Source: Halorhodospira halophila SL1
GTDB taxonomy: Bacteria > Pseudomonadota > Gammaproteobacteria > Nitrococcales > Halorhodospiraceae
DNA: 32,000 bases
Assembly (NCBI RefSeq): GCF_000015585.1
Contig: NC_008789.1
Span: 2,520,001-2,552,000 of the forward strand
Reading direction: 5' to 3'
Numbering within the stretch: the first letter of the stretch is position 1; every line of letters begins with the position of its first letter. Below are positions 1-12,158 of the stretch, piece by piece. The notes under the pieces were generated by a model, which was given only the letters and a program-made list of their open reading frames with translations, did no database searches and was not told where the DNA came from. The translations under genes and the position numbers were made by a program.

Positions 1-2763
1 GTCGACGTCGACGAACGCTACTCCGGGGCGCGTCTGCGCCAGATCTGGGACGAGCTGAACAAGAAGGTCCAGCGCGCCAGCCTCGAGCTGCCCAACGAGG
101 TACGCGGGCCGGTGGTGGACGACGACTACGGCGACGTCTTCGGGCTCCTCTACGCCGTCACCGGCGAGGGCTACAGCCTGCGCAAGATCGACGATTACGC
201 CGATGAGCTCCGCCGCGAGCTGCTGCGCGTCCCCGGTGTGGCCCGCGCGGAGCTCTTCGGGCGCCAGGGCGAGCGGATCTTCATCGAGATCAGCCGTGAG
301 CGGCTGTCGGCACTGAACCTCCACCCCGGGCAGATCGCCGAGACCCTGCAACGGCAGAACGTGGTCGCCCCGGCCGGCGCCATCGACCTGGACGACCACC
401 GGGTGGGGCTGTTCGTCTCCGGGACCTTCGACAGTGTCGAGGACGTGCGCGGGCTGTCCATCCGCAACCCGGAGACCGACGAGCGGATCTACCTGCGCGA
501 CATCGCCGATGTGCGCCGCGGCTTCGCCGATCCACCGGAGCGGGTCTTCCGCCACGACGGCGAGCCGGGTGTGGCCCTCGGGATCTCACCGGCTCCGGGG
601 ACCAATGTCGTTGAACTCGGCGAGCGCATCGAGCAACGCCTGGCCGAACTCGAGCACGACCGCCCAGTGGGCATGACGTTGCATACCGTCAACGACCAAC
701 CAGAGACGGTGCGCGGGGCCATCGCCGAGTTCGTGACCAACCTGGCCACTGCCGTGGTCATCGTGCTTGCCGTGCTGTTGATCGCCCTGGGCTGGCGAAC
801 CGGTTTGATTGTCGGCGCAGGCGTGCCCCTGACCATCCTCGGCACCTTCCTGGTGATGTGGGTCACCGGCATCGACCTGCACCGCGTCTCACTGGGGGCG
901 CTGATCGTCGTCCTGGGCATGCTGGTGGACAACGCCATCGTGGTCGCCGAGCTGACCATGACCCGAATCCAGCGTGGCGTCGAGCGGGCGAAGGCGGCCC
1001 GACAGGCGGTCAGCGAGACGGCCATACCGCTGCTGATCGGGACCGCCATCGCCGCCCTGGCCTTCTCGCCGATCAGCTTCACGCCGTCAGCGGTGGGCGA
1101 GTTCACCAGCTCCCTGTTCTGGGTGGTCGCCTTCGCCCTGGGCCTGAGCTGGATCCTGGCGGTGACCTTCACCACCCTGCTCGCCTACCGCTTCCTGCCG
1201 GCACCGACCAGCGGCGAGGCCCGTGACCCCCACGACACCCTCTGGCACCGGGCCTACCGGCGCGCCCTGGGCGGGATGCTGCGCTACCGCACCACCAGCC
1301 TGATCACCGTCCTGCTGGTGGTGGCCATCGCCGTGGCCGCCTTCACCCTGGTGCCACGGATCTTCTTTCCGGCCGCTGATCGCGATCAGTTCCTGATCGA
1401 CCACTGGCGCAGCGAGGGCACCCGCATCGAGGCAGTGGCCGACGAGACGGCGCGCCTCGAGGCCTTCCTCCGCGAACACGACGATGTGGCTCGGGTCACC
1501 ACCTTTGTCGGTGAGGGGGCGCCGCGCTTCTACCTGCCAATGATCCCCGAGCTGCCCAATCCAGCCTACGCCCAGCTGCTGGTCGGCACGGAACCGGACA
1601 GCGACCTGGATGCGGTTATGGCCGACGTGCGCGACTGGCTGGATGGGCGGTTCGCCGACGCGCAGCCACGGGTGCGACCGATGATGCTCGGGGACCCGGT
1701 ACGCTACCCGGTGGAACTGCGCGTGGCCGGCCCGCGTGACCACGCCGAGCTGCGCCAGGTCGCCGAGGAACTGCGCGACTGGCTGGCGGGCCAGCCGGAG
1801 ACCGCAGGCACGCGACACAATTGGCGCCAGCAGGCGCTATCTCTGGACGTCGAAGTCGACCAGGAGCGAGCCCGCGCCGCCGGGCTCTCCTCGGCCGAGG
1901 TGGCAGAAACCCTGGAGATGGCCTACGACGACGGCCCCATCGGGGTGCTCATCGATGGCGACCGCCACCTGCCCATCCACTGGTACCTGCCGGAGGTCGA
2001 GCGCGGTGACCTTTCGCGACTCGATACCCTGGAGATCTGGCCCCGGGACAGCGAGCGCCCGGTACCGCTGCGCCAGGTAGCGAACCTGAAGCCGGCCTGG
2101 GAGGAGCGCAGCATCTGGCGCCAGGACCGCGTGCCGACGGTGACCGTGCAGGCCGACCTGGTGCCCGGCGCCACCGCCGAGGGGCTGGTGGCCCGACTCG
2201 ACCCGCAGCTCGACGAGCTCGACCTGCCCTCCGGGCTGGAGCTGGCCTGGGGGGGTGAGGCCGAGGCCTCGTGGGAGGCGCGCGCTGACGTGCTGATCTT
2301 CGTGCCCCTGGTGCTGGCGGTGATGGCCCTGCTCCTGGTGGCCCAGTTCAACAGCCTGCGCGACGCCACCGTGGTGGCCCTCACCGTACCCCTGGGGCTG
2401 ATCGGGGTGGTTGCCGGGCTCCTGCTCTTCCGCCAGCCGTTCGGCTTCATCGCCCTGCTCGGCGCCATGAGCCTGGCCGGCATGCTGATCCGCAACGCCA
2501 TCGTCCTGGTCGAGCAGATCCGGCTCAACCGCGCGGACGGCATGGCCACCCACCCGGCCATCGTCGAGGCCGGCGTCGGCCGCATGCGCCCGGTGCTGCT
2601 GACCGCGGCCACCACCATCCTGGGCATGATCCCGCTGGCCCTCTCGGGCCCCTTCTGGGCGCCCATGGCCACCGCGGTCATGTCCGGCCTGGCCTTCGGC
2701 ACTATCCTCATCCTCGGCGTGGTACCCGTCCTCTACGCCCTCTTGCATCGCGCCGAACGCTAG
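1..2763 (+). CDS. RND (AcrB/HAE1-type) efflux transporter permease, 5'-truncated by window edge
   Basis: Frame 1 is open from nt 1 (VDVDERYSGARLRQIWDELNKK...), so the GTG at 112 in the track is internal. About 920 aa are visible, with large periplasmic loops alternating with TM bundles, as in AcrB-family pumps. Stop at 2761-2763. Confidence 0.9.
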   Translation, partial: VDVDERYSGARLRQIWDELNKKVQRASLELPNEVRGPVVDDDYGDVFGLLYAVTGEGYSLRKIDDYADELRRELLRVPGVARAELFGRQGERIFIEISRERLSALNLHPGQIAETLQRQNVVAPAGAIDLDDHRVGLFVSGTFDSVEDVRGLSIRNPETDERIYLRDIADVRRGFADPPERVFRHDGEPGVALGISPAPGTNVVELGERIEQRLAELEHDRPVGMTLHTVNDQPETVRGAIAEFVTNLATAVVIVLAVLLIALGWRTGLIVGAGVPLTILGTFLVMWVTGIDLHRVSLGALIVVLGMLVDNAIVVAELTMTRIQRGVERAKAARQAVSETAIPLLIGTAIAALAFSPISFTPSAVGEFTSSLFWVVAFALGLSWILAVTFTTLLAYRFLPAPTSGEARDPHDTLWHRAYRRALGGMLRYRTTSLITVLLVVAIAVAAFTLVPRIFFPAADRDQFLIDHWRSEGTRIEAVADETARLEAFLREHDDVARVTTFVGEGAPRFYLPMIPELPNPAYAQLLVGTEPDSDLDAVMADVRDWLDGRFADAQPRVRPMMLGDPVRYPVELRVAGPRDHAELRQVAEELRDWLAGQPETAGTRHNWRQQALSLDVEVDQERARAAGLSSAEVAETLEMAYDDGPIGVLIDGDRHLPIHWYLPEVERGDLSRLDTLEIWPRDSERPVPLRQVANLKPAWEERSIWRQDRVPTVTVQADLVPGATAEGLVARLDPQLDELDLPSGLELAWGGEAEASWEARADVLIFVPLVLAVMALLLVAQFNSLRDATVVALTVPLGLIGVVAGLLLFRQPFGFIALLGAMSLAGMLIRNAIVLVEQIRLNRADGMATHPAIVEAGVGRMRPVLLTAATTILGMIPLALSGPFWAPMATAVMSGLAFGTILILGVVPVLYALLHRAER

Positions 2764-2795
2764 CCACCGTCCCGTTACCCGGTCACCACCCGTCC

Positions 2796-4897
<2,102 letters not shown>

Positions 4898-4965
4898 TTA
4901 TCTGGTTTCGCGCTGGGAGTTTCCAGGGCCGAACGGCTCCTGACAAGGCGCCGGTGCGGTGGGCA

Positions 4966-6360
4966 TCATCCGCCGGGTATCGCCAGCCCCGGCCGCACGG
5001 CCGCGAGCAGAGCCTCGAAGGCCTCCCGAATGCGGGCCAGGCCGGCGTCGTCGTTGGCCTCGAAACGCACCACCAGCACCGGCGTGGTGTTGGAGGCGCG
5101 GATCAACCCCCAGCCATCAGACCACTCCACACGGATGCCGTCGATGGTGTGGATGGTGGCGTCGGTGAACCGCCGCTGCCCTTCCGTCACCAGTGCGTCC
5201 ATGAGCTCGACCTGTTCACCCTCCTGGATGTGCACCTTAAGCTCCGGCGTGGAGACACCCTCGGGCAGTTCGGCGAAGATCTCGGCGCTGGGCCGGCCGT
5301 CGGCGGCGACGATCTCCACCAGCCGCGCGCCGGTGTAAAGACCGTCGTCGAAGCCGTACCAGCGCTCGGCGAAGAAGGTGTGGCCGCTCATCTCGCCGGC
5401 CAGCGGGGCACCGGTTTCGCGCAGTGTGGCTTTGATCAGCGAGTGCCCGGTGCGCGACATCTGCGGCCGCCCACCGGCCGCCTCGATGACCTGCTTGAGG
5501 TGCATACTGCACTTGACGTCGAAGACCACCGGCTCGCCGGGACGGCGGCTGAGCACATCGCGGGCGTAGAGCATCAGCTGCCGGTCGGGCCAGATGATTT
5601 TGCCTGCCGAGTCCACGACCCCGAGGCGATCGCCGTCGCCGTCAAAGGCCAGGCCCAGGTCGGCCCCGCTCTCGCGGACCCGTGCGATGAGCGTCTCCAG
5701 GTTGTGCGGTTCGGCCGGGTCCGGATGGTGGTTGGGGAAGTCGCCATCCACGTCGCAGAACAGGGCCTCCACCTCACAGCCCAGGGCCTCGAAGAGCTGC
5801 GGCGCCACCGCGCCGGCGACGCCGTTACCGGCATCGAGGACCACCCGCAGGGAACGCGCCGGGCGGATATCGCCGGTAATCCGCGCCAAGTAGCGCTCCA
5901 CCAGGTCCGTACGCGATTCCACGCCCCCCTCCCCTGCGGACAGGCAGCCGTCCTGGATGCGCCGATAGAGGGCCGTGATGGCCTCGCCAGAGAGGGTGTC
6001 GCCGGCGACCATGATCTTCAGTCCGTTGTACTCCGGCGGGTTGTGGCTGCCAGTGATCATCACCCCGGAGCCGGTCTCCAGCTCGTGGGTGGCGAAGTAC
6101 ATCACCGGCGTGGGGGCCTGGCCGATGTCAACGACATCGCATCCGGCGTCGTTCATGCCGGCAGCCACCGCCGCGGCCAGCTCGGCACTGGAGTGACGGC
6201 CGTCACGGCCGACCACCAGGCGGCGGACGCCGCGCTCGCGCGCCTCGCTGCCCACCGCACGGCCCACCCAGCGGACGATGTCGGCATTCAGGGTCTCGCC
6301 CACCACGCCACGGACGTCGTAGGCACGAAAGATCGATGCGGGTACTTGCGCTGCGCTCAC
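4966..6360 (-). CDS. algC: phosphomannomutase/phosphoglucomutase
   Basis: 464 aa. FRAYDVRGV N-terminus, active-site loop TGSHNPPEYNG and metal loop FDGDGDRLG. SD (cctcct on +) lies just upstream at about 6365-6370. Confidence 0.92.
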   Translation of the reverse strand: MSAAQVPASIFRAYDVRGVVGETLNADIVRWVGRAVGSEARERGVRRLVVGRDGRHSSAELAAAVAAGMNDAGCDVVDIGQAPTPVMYFATHELETGSGVMITGSHNPPEYNGLKIMVAGDTLSGEAITALYRRIQDGCLSAGEGGVESRTDLVERYLARITGDIRPARSLRVVLDAGNGVAGAVAPQLFEALGCEVEALFCDVDGDFPNHHPDPAEPHNLETLIARVRESGADLGLAFDGDGDRLGVVDSAGKIIWPDRQLMLYARDVLSRRPGEPVVFDVKCSMHLKQVIEAAGGRPQMSRTGHSLIKATLRETGAPLAGEMSGHTFFAERWYGFDDGLYTGARLVEIVAADGRPSAEIFAELPEGVSTPELKVHIQEGEQVELMDALVTEGQRRFTDATIHTIDGIRVEWSDGWGLIRASNTTPVLVVRFEANDDAGLARIREAFEALLAAVRPGLAIPGG

Positions 6361-6399
6361 GGGCTCCTCCTTGTCATTCTCGGTGCGGGGACTCCCCCG

Positions 6400-6861
6400 T
6401 CATAGCGTGCCGCTGTGGCCGAATCCGCCCTCGCCGCGCTCGGTGGTGGCCGAGAACGCCGAGACGTAGTCCAGCGTGACCTGCACCACCGGCTGGAAGA
6501 GCAGCTGCGCGATGCGCTCCCCCGGGGTGATCGTATAGGGCTCGGTGCCGTCGTGGGCAAGGATCACCCCGATCTCCCCATGGTAGTCGGAATCGATGAC
6601 GCCGATACCCTGGGCTACCCGCAGGCCGTGCTTGAGGGAGAGCCCCGAGCGCGAGGCCACCACACCGACCAGGCCGGGGTCGTGGATATTCACCGCCAGC
6701 CCGGTACCGATCAGCCGTCGCTGCCCGGGCTCCAGGGCCAACGGCTCGTCCAGGCAGGCCCGCAGGTCGATGGCGGCCGAGCCGTCGGTGGCGTAGTCAG
6801 GCAGCGGGATCTCGCTGCCGAGACGTGCATCGACGATGCGTGCTTCGATCCTACGGTGCAT
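6400..6861 (-). CDS. dut: dUTP diphosphatase
   Basis: 153 aa. Aligns by eye along its whole length with E. coli Dut ([18 protein letters not shown]; [11 protein letters not shown]). The start overlaps the coaBC stop by 11 nt. Confidence 0.95.
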
Positions 6862-8080
6862 GGTGGCTCCTCGTTGCCTCCGCGAACCCGGCGCGCTCGG
6901 CCACGATCTGCAGCAGCTCCCGGGCCAGTGCCGTCTTGGGCTGCTCGGCCAGGGCGACGCTGCCGTCGCGCCAGAGGACTTCCAGGGCGTTGTCGTCGGT
7001 ATCGAACCCCTGACCCGGACCGACGCGGTTGGCGGCGATCAGGTCGAGATCCTTGTCGTTGAGCTTGCGCCGGGCGTACTCGCTGACGCGCTCGGTCTCG
7101 GCGGCGAACCCCACCACGAAGGGCCGGGGCGAGCGGGCCGCCACGGCCCGCAAGGTATCCGGCGTGGGCTCCAGGGCCAGGGTCAGGGCGTCCCCGCCTT
7201 TCTTGATCTTCTCAGGCGCCTCGCGCTCGGGCCGATAGTCGCTCACGGCTGCGGCGGCGATGAAGCAGTCCGCCTCATCGATACAACCGAGCACGGCATC
7301 GTACATCTGCCCGGCCCGCTCGACATCGACTCGCTCCACGCCCGGGGGCGTGGCCAGCGCCGTGGGGCCGGCCACGAGGATCACCCGGGCGCCAGCCTCA
7401 CGGGCGGCGGCCGCCAGGGCGAAGCCCATCCGGCCGGAGCTGCGATTGGTCAGGTACCGTACCGGGTCGAGGGGCTCGCGGGTGGGGCCGGCGGTGATCA
7501 GCACCGTGCGCCCGGCCCACGGCCCGGCGGCGCCCCCGGCATCGAGGAGGGCCGCGGCGATGGCCGCCGGATCGGACATGCGCCCCTCGCCAGACTCCCC
7601 GCAGGCCTGTTCACCAACCTCGGGGCCGATACACGCCACGCCGCGGCGGTGCAGGGTCGCCAGGTTTTCGCGGGTCGCCCCCGCCTCCCACATGACGTGG
7701 TTCATGGCCGGGGCCACCATGATCGGCGCCCGCGAGGCCAGGCACAGCGCCGCCGGCAGGTCGTCCGCGCGCCCCTGGGCCAGGCGTGCCAGGAAATCCG
7801 CGGTGGCGGGTGCCACGACGATGCGATCCGGCCAGCGCGCCAGCTCGATATGGCCCATCCCCGCCTCGGCATCCGGATCCAGCAGATCGGTATGGACGCG
7901 GTGGCCGGACAGGGCCTGGAAGGTCAGCGGGGTGACGAAGTGCTGCGCGGCCGCGGTCATCACCACGCGCACGTCGGCACCGCCGCGGCGCAGCTCGCGC
8001 ACCAGGTCAGCGGCCTTGTAGGCGGCGATCCCGCCGGTCACCACGAGCAGGATGCGGATCGGTCGGCTCGGCAAAGACAT
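6851..8080 (-). CDS. coaBC: bifunctional phosphopantothenoylcysteine decarboxylase / phosphopantothenate-cysteine ligase
   Basis: 409 aa. Flavoprotein N-domain [14 protein letters not shown] and C-terminal CoaB domain with PEKIKKGG. Canonical Dfp architecture. Confidence 0.95.
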
Positions 8081-8210
8081 ACGCGTATTGTCGCAGATCC
8101 GTGCAGGCGGCGCGCGACTGCGCTACACCGCTAGCCGATGGGGTTCCATCATGGGCCGCATTCTATCGTTTCATCCCATTGGGGACAGGGTATTCACCCG
8201 AGGAGGCACC

Positions 8211-8609
8211 ATGAGCCGAGAGCACGCACACGTGGACGAGACCACCGAGCATTACGCGCATACGTCGGAGGCCGATACCGGCTCCGAAACCGCCGAAGGA
8301 GCGGCCACCGGCGGCAGCGCACTAGGCCGGATGTTCGGGGCGACGGACGAGAACGAGTTCGAGACCTACGAAGAGCTGGATGCCCACATCAAGCGCACCG
8401 AGTCCGCCGCCATGGTGCGGCTGATCGGCGCTCCCGCCGCAGCAATGGTGGTCCTTCTGGGCCTGCATCTGGTGGGCGCTCACCAGCTGGCCATCGCCCT
8501 GGCCTTCCCGCTGCTGTTCATCGTCGCGATCTTCATGATGACGGCCAACATCAACCGCTACCAGGCGCGCCGCCTCAAGCGCGTGCGCGACAACTGGGCG
8601 GAGGAGTAA
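8211..8609 (+). CDS. hypothetical small membrane protein (acidic N-terminus, two TM helices, basic C-terminus)
   Basis: ATG at 8211 preceded by a strong SD AGGAGG at 8201-8206. High GC3 throughout. 132 aa: [15 protein letters not shown]..., two hydrophobic stretches ([18 protein letters not shown] / [18 protein letters not shown]), then [15 protein letters not shown] recognise no family. The track ORF from 8052 is an upstream extension without an SD. Confidence 0.65.
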   Translation: MSREHAHVDETTEHYAHTSEADTGSETAEGAATGGSALGRMFGATDENEFETYEELDAHIKRTESAAMVRLIGAPAAAMVVLLGLHLVGAHQLAIALAFPLLFIVAIFMMTANINRYQARRLKRVRDNWAEE

Positions 8610-8615
8610 TCGCCG

Positions 8616-8639
8616 GGGCGCCGCTGCGCGGCGGCGCCC
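8616..8639 (+). terminator. GC-rich stem-loop just after the 132-aa hypothetical gene (no U-tract)
   Basis: gggcgccgc (8616-8624) pairs with gcggcgccc (8631-8639), with a 6-nt loop. It starts 7 nt after the stop at 8609 and is followed by attgac rather than a T-run, so its function as an intrinsic terminator is uncertain. Confidence 0.35.
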
Positions 8640-8682
8640 ATTGACAACCCATGGACTCGACGCCGCCAGGGAGGGCAGTGTC

Positions 8683-9357
8683 ATGTCGATACGTTCGTGG
8701 CCGCGCGAGGAGCGGCCCCGCGAGCGGCTGATCCAGCGCGGTCCGCAAGCGCTGTCCGACGCCGAGCTGCTCGCCATCTTCCTGCGCACTGGGCGCCGCG
8801 GCCAGTCCGCGGTGGAGCTGGCCCGGGAACTGTTAGCCGCGTTCAGCGGCCTGCGCGGCCTCCTCGAGGCCGATCGCGAGACCTTCGCCGCCCGCCCGGG
8901 GCTGGGCGACGCCAAGTACGCCCAGATGCAGGCGGCCCTGGAGATCGCCCGACGCCACCTGGGTGAACAGCTGCAGCGGGGCCCCACCCTGAGCAGCCCG
9001 GCGCAGACCCGGACGTACCTTGCCGCGCTGCTGCGCGACCACCCCAGCGAGGTCTTCGGCGGGCTGTTCCTGGACAACCGCCACCGAGTGATCGGCTTCG
9101 AGGAACTCTTCCGCGGGACCATCAACGGCGCCAGCGTCTATCCGCGAGAACTGGTGCGCCGCGCCCTGGCCCACAATGCAGCCGCGGTGATTGTGGCCCA
9201 CAACCACCCCTCCGGCATCACGGAACCGAGTGCTGCGGACGAGGCCCTGACCCACCGCCTGCGCGAGGCCCTGGGACTGGTCGACGTCCGTCTGCTGGAT
9301 CACTTCGTGGTGGGCGACGGCGAGCCGGTGTCACTCGCCGAGCGGGGGGTCCTGTAG
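8683..9357 (+). CDS. radC: RadC-family JAB/MPN-domain protein (UPF0758)
   Basis: ATG at 8683 with a GGGAGGG SD at about 8669-8675. [16 protein letters not shown]..., helix-hairpin-helix region [14 protein letters not shown] and JAMM-like motif AHNHPSG. Divergent from coaBC as in E. coli and Pseudomonas. Confidence 0.9.
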   Translation: MSIRSWPREERPRERLIQRGPQALSDAELLAIFLRTGRRGQSAVELARELLAAFSGLRGLLEADRETFAARPGLGDAKYAQMQAALEIARRHLGEQLQRGPTLSSPAQTRTYLAALLRDHPSEVFGGLFLDNRHRVIGFEELFRGTINGASVYPRELVRRALAHNAAAVIVAHNHPSGITEPSAADEALTHRLREALGLVDVRLLDHFVVGDGEPVSLAERGVL

Positions 9358-9367
9358 GGGGCACATC

Positions 9368-9386
9368 CGCTGCGCGGGGTGCAGCG
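9368..9386. terminator. weak stem-loop between convergent radC and rpoH
   Basis: cgctgc (9368-9373) pairs with gcagcg (9381-9386), with a 7-nt loop. This is the only obvious structure in the 46-nt convergent gap. Confidence 0.25.
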
Positions 9387-9403
9387 CTCCATGAGGCGAC
9401 GGC

Positions 9404-10267
9404 TCAGGCGCTGACCGCCCCGCGCAGTTTGCTGATGGCGTTCTTCTCGAGCTGGCGGATGCGCTCGGCAGAGACACCGTAACGCTCGGCCAGCTCCTGC
9501 AAGGTCTGGCGCTCTTCCTCCAGCCAGCGGGCGCGCAGGATGTTCTGACTGCGCTCGTCCAGCTGACCGAGCGCCTGGTGCAGCGAATCGTCCTGGTGCG
9601 TCCCCCAGTCGGAACTCTCCACCACCTCGGCCGGATCGAAGCGCCGGTCCTCCAGGTAGGCCACCGGGGCCCGCGCCTGCTCTTCATCTTCTTCGGAAAC
9701 CAGCGGATCGAAGCCCAGATCCTGCCCCGAGAGCCGGGACTCCATCTCCAGGACCGTCTCAGGCTGGACGCCGAGATCCTCGGCCACCGCGTTGACCTCT
9801 TCGCGGGTCATCCAGCCCAGGCGCTTCTTGGCGCCACGCAGGTTGAAGAACAGTTTGCGCTGCGCCTTGGTGGTGGCCACCTTGACGATGCGCCAGTTGC
9901 GCAGGATGAACTCGTGGATCTCGGCGCGGATCCAGTGCACGGCGAAGGAGACCAGACGAACCCCCACGTCCGGATCGAAGCGCTTGACGGCCTTCATCAG
10001 GCCGATATTGCCTTCCTGGATCAGGTCACCGAGGGCCAGGCCGTAGCCGCGGTACCCCCGAGCCACGTGGACGACGAAACGCAGATGCGAGAGCACCAGC
10101 TGCCGGGCGGCGTCGAGATCGCCTTCGTACTGGCACCGCCGGGCCAGCTCGTACTCCTCGTCGGCATCGAGCACCGGGATCTGGCTCACTGCCTGGATAT
10201 ACGCGTCCTCGCTGCTCGTCGGCAGCGGCAGATTGGCGTTACCCGCCGTGACCAGTGCCGTGCTCAT
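9404..10267 (-). CDS. rpoH: RNA polymerase sigma-32 (heat-shock sigma factor)
   Basis: Aligns by eye with E. coli RpoH from [13 protein letters not shown]... Contains [26 protein letters not shown] and the RpoH box [12 protein letters not shown]. Start taken at the internal ATG (residue 27 of the track ORF) to match family length (287 aa). Lies downstream of ftsYEX as in E. coli. Confidence 0.93.
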   Translation of the reverse strand: MSTALVTAGNANLPLPTSSEDAYIQAVSQIPVLDADEEYELARRCQYEGDLDAARQLVLSHLRFVVHVARGYRGYGLALGDLIQEGNIGLMKAVKRFDPDVGVRLVSFAVHWIRAEIHEFILRNWRIVKVATTKAQRKLFFNLRGAKKRLGWMTREEVNAVAEDLGVQPETVLEMESRLSGQDLGFDPLVSEEDEEQARAPVAYLEDRRFDPAEVVESSDWGTHQDDSLHQALGQLDERSQNILRARWLEEERQTLQELAERYGVSAERIRQLEKNAISKLRGAVSA

Positions 10268-10400
10268 ACGCGCCTTCTCCTCCAACCTGTTCAAGACTCC
10301 TCTAGCCAGCCACCCAATCCGGTGTTTCTGCCTCTCCGAAGGCACGGCTGGGGGCGATGTCAGCGCTTTTCAAGGGTGATTCACAACCTGATGTGACCAC

Positions 10401-10430
10401 AGTATAAAGCATCCGAAAGGGGTATGACGA
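10401..10430 (-). promoter_or_regulatory. candidate sigma-70 promoter for rpoH directly after the ftsX stop
   Basis: On the minus strand: TCGTCA (10430-10425), an 18-nt spacer, then TATACT (10406-10401). This is the lowest-GC stretch of the ftsX-rpoH gap. Motif matching by eye only. Confidence 0.3.
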
Positions 10431-10431
10431 T

Positions 10432-11478
10432 TTACCGCGGTTCGATGGCGCTCAGGTGCCGTGCCACAGCGGTCCAGGCCCCGAGCACGCCGAGGGCGGC
10501 GCCGCCCACCGACAGCAGCAGCCCGTTCGCCAGGCCCAGACCGCTGAGGGTGAAATCGGTCCCGTAGGTGGCCGCCAACCGGCTGGCCGGACCGGCCAGT
10601 GCCCAGCGCCCGGCTTCGGTGAGCAGCCAGGCCAGCAGCCCCCCGATCAGCCCGTAGCCGATGCCTTCATAGAGGAACGGTCGGCGCACAAAACCATTGC
10701 CCCCGCCGATGAGCTTGATGATCTCGATCTCGTGCCGCCGGCTCTCGATGGTCAGACGGATGGTATTGCCGATGACCAGGATCACCGCCAGGGCCAGCAG
10801 CACCCCGGCGGACCACAGGGCCCGTTCGGCCAGCGTCATGATGGCGTGCAGGCGCTCGACCCACTCCTGATCGAGCCGCATGCGCACCACCGCCGGGTCG
10901 TCGGCCAACCCCTCGGCCAGCTCGGCCACGGCGTCGGGGTCGAGCCCGCGATCGACCGTCACCACCAGCACCGGCGGCAGCGGATTCTCATCGAGCAGTT
11001 CCAGCGCTGCGTCGAAGTCGGATCCGGCCCGGAATTCCGCCAGGGCCGCATCCGGGGTCACCGGCTCCACCCGGGTCACGCCGGCCTGTTCGGCCGCCAC
11101 CTCCGCCTGCTCGCGCAGGGTGTCGGGCCCGGCATCGTGGGCCAGGAACAGGGAGATCTGCGGCGCCCCGTCTTCCCAGCCCCCCGCGACCCGCTCGGCG
11201 TTCTCCAGACTGAGCATGAACGCCGCCGGGAGGGCCAGGGCGATCCCCACCACGGCGCTGGTCAGCACGCTGTGCAGCGGCGCCCCCCGGGCACGCTGCA
11301 CAGCCGCCGCCAGCGCCTGAGCGTGGCGGGAGAGATAGAGCAGCGGGGCGGCCAGCAGGCGCCCGATGGCGCCGGCCTCGCTGCGCCGTGAGGTGCGCAG
11401 CGCCGCCCGCTGTGCCCGCGCCTCGGCCCGAGCCTGGCGCCGCCGGGGGGTCGCCCCGCGCTCCGGACGCCGGGCCAT
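10432..11478 (-). CDS. ftsX: cell-division ABC transporter permease FtsX
   Basis: 348 aa. Basic N-terminal tail, one TM, a periplasmic domain and a C-terminal three-TM bundle. The ATG overlaps the ftsE stop by 1 nt (TGATG). Confidence 0.9.
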   Translation of the reverse strand: MARRPERGATPRRRQARAEARAQRAALRTSRRSEAGAIGRLLAAPLLYLSRHAQALAAAVQRARGAPLHSVLTSAVVGIALALPAAFMLSLENAERVAGGWEDGAPQISLFLAHDAGPDTLREQAEVAAEQAGVTRVEPVTPDAALAEFRAGSDFDAALELLDENPLPPVLVVTVDRGLDPDAVAELAEGLADDPAVVRMRLDQEWVERLHAIMTLAERALWSAGVLLALAVILVIGNTIRLTIESRRHEIEIIKLIGGGNGFVRRPFLYEGIGYGLIGGLLAWLLTEAGRWALAGPASRLAATYGTDFTLSGLGLANGLLLSVGGAALGVLGAWTAVARHLSAIEPR

Positions 11479-12158
11479 CAGACCGCCTCTCGGGCCGGTC
11501 GATCGCCCACCAGCTCACCCTGGCGCAACGTCAGGGTGCGGTGGCCGAACCGCTCGACCAGCTCCAGGTCGTGGCTGGCGATCAACACCGTGGTGCCAAT
11601 GCTCACGAACGAGGTAAACAGCCGCATGATCTCCTCGGAGAGTCCCGGATCCAGATTGCCGGTGGGCTCGTCGGCCAGCAGCACCGGGGGCCGGTTGACC
11701 ACCGCGCGGGCGATGCCCACCCGCTGCTGCTCCCCTCCGGAGAGGGCCTCGGGGTAGCTCGTCTCCTTGTGCAGCAGGCCCACCTTGTCGAGGGCGGCGC
11801 GCACCCGGCGCGCTGCCTCGCGCCGGGCGACCCCGGTGATCTCCAGCGGCAGGGCGACGTTGCCGAAGACGCTGCGATCCGCCAGCAGGCGGTGATCCTG
11901 GAAGGTCACCCCGACCCGCTGGCGCAGCAGCGGGATCTTGCGCCGGGGCAGCTGGCCCACGTCGACGCCGGCGACCACCACCCGCCCGCCGCTCGGCCGC
12001 TCCAGCCGGGGGATCAGGCGCAGCAGGGTGCTCTTGCCGGCACCGGAGTGGCCGGTGATGAAGACCAGCTCGCCCTGACCGATCTCCAGGCTGACGCCCC
12101 GCAGGCCGTCCTGGCCAGCGCGCGGGTAGCGCTTGCTGACCCGGTCGAAGTGGATCAT
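11478..12158 (-). CDS. ftsE: cell-division ABC transporter ATP-binding protein FtsE
   Basis: 226 aa. Walker A GHSGAGKST, ABC signature LSGGEQQR and Walker B LLADEPTGNLD. 4-nt overlap with the ftsY stop. Confidence 0.95.
   Translation of the reverse strand: MIHFDRVSKRYPRAGQDGLRGVSLEIGQGELVFITGHSGAGKSTLLRLIPRLERPSGGRVVVAGVDVGQLPRRKIPLLRQRVGVTFQDHRLLADRSVFGNVALPLEITGVARREAARRVRAALDKVGLLHKETSYPEALSGGEQQRVGIARAVVNRPPVLLADEPTGNLDPGLSEEIMRLFTSFVSIGTTVLIASHDLELVERFGHRTLTLRQGELVGDRPAREAV

Noticed and set aside
10381-10396. Possible CRP site in the rpoH upstream region
   Set aside because: The half-sites are arranged TCACA-N6-TGTGA, the inverse of the CRP consensus TGTGA-N6-TCACA. No canonical-order match was found on either strand. 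It is kept only as an unassigned repeat cluster in the findings.
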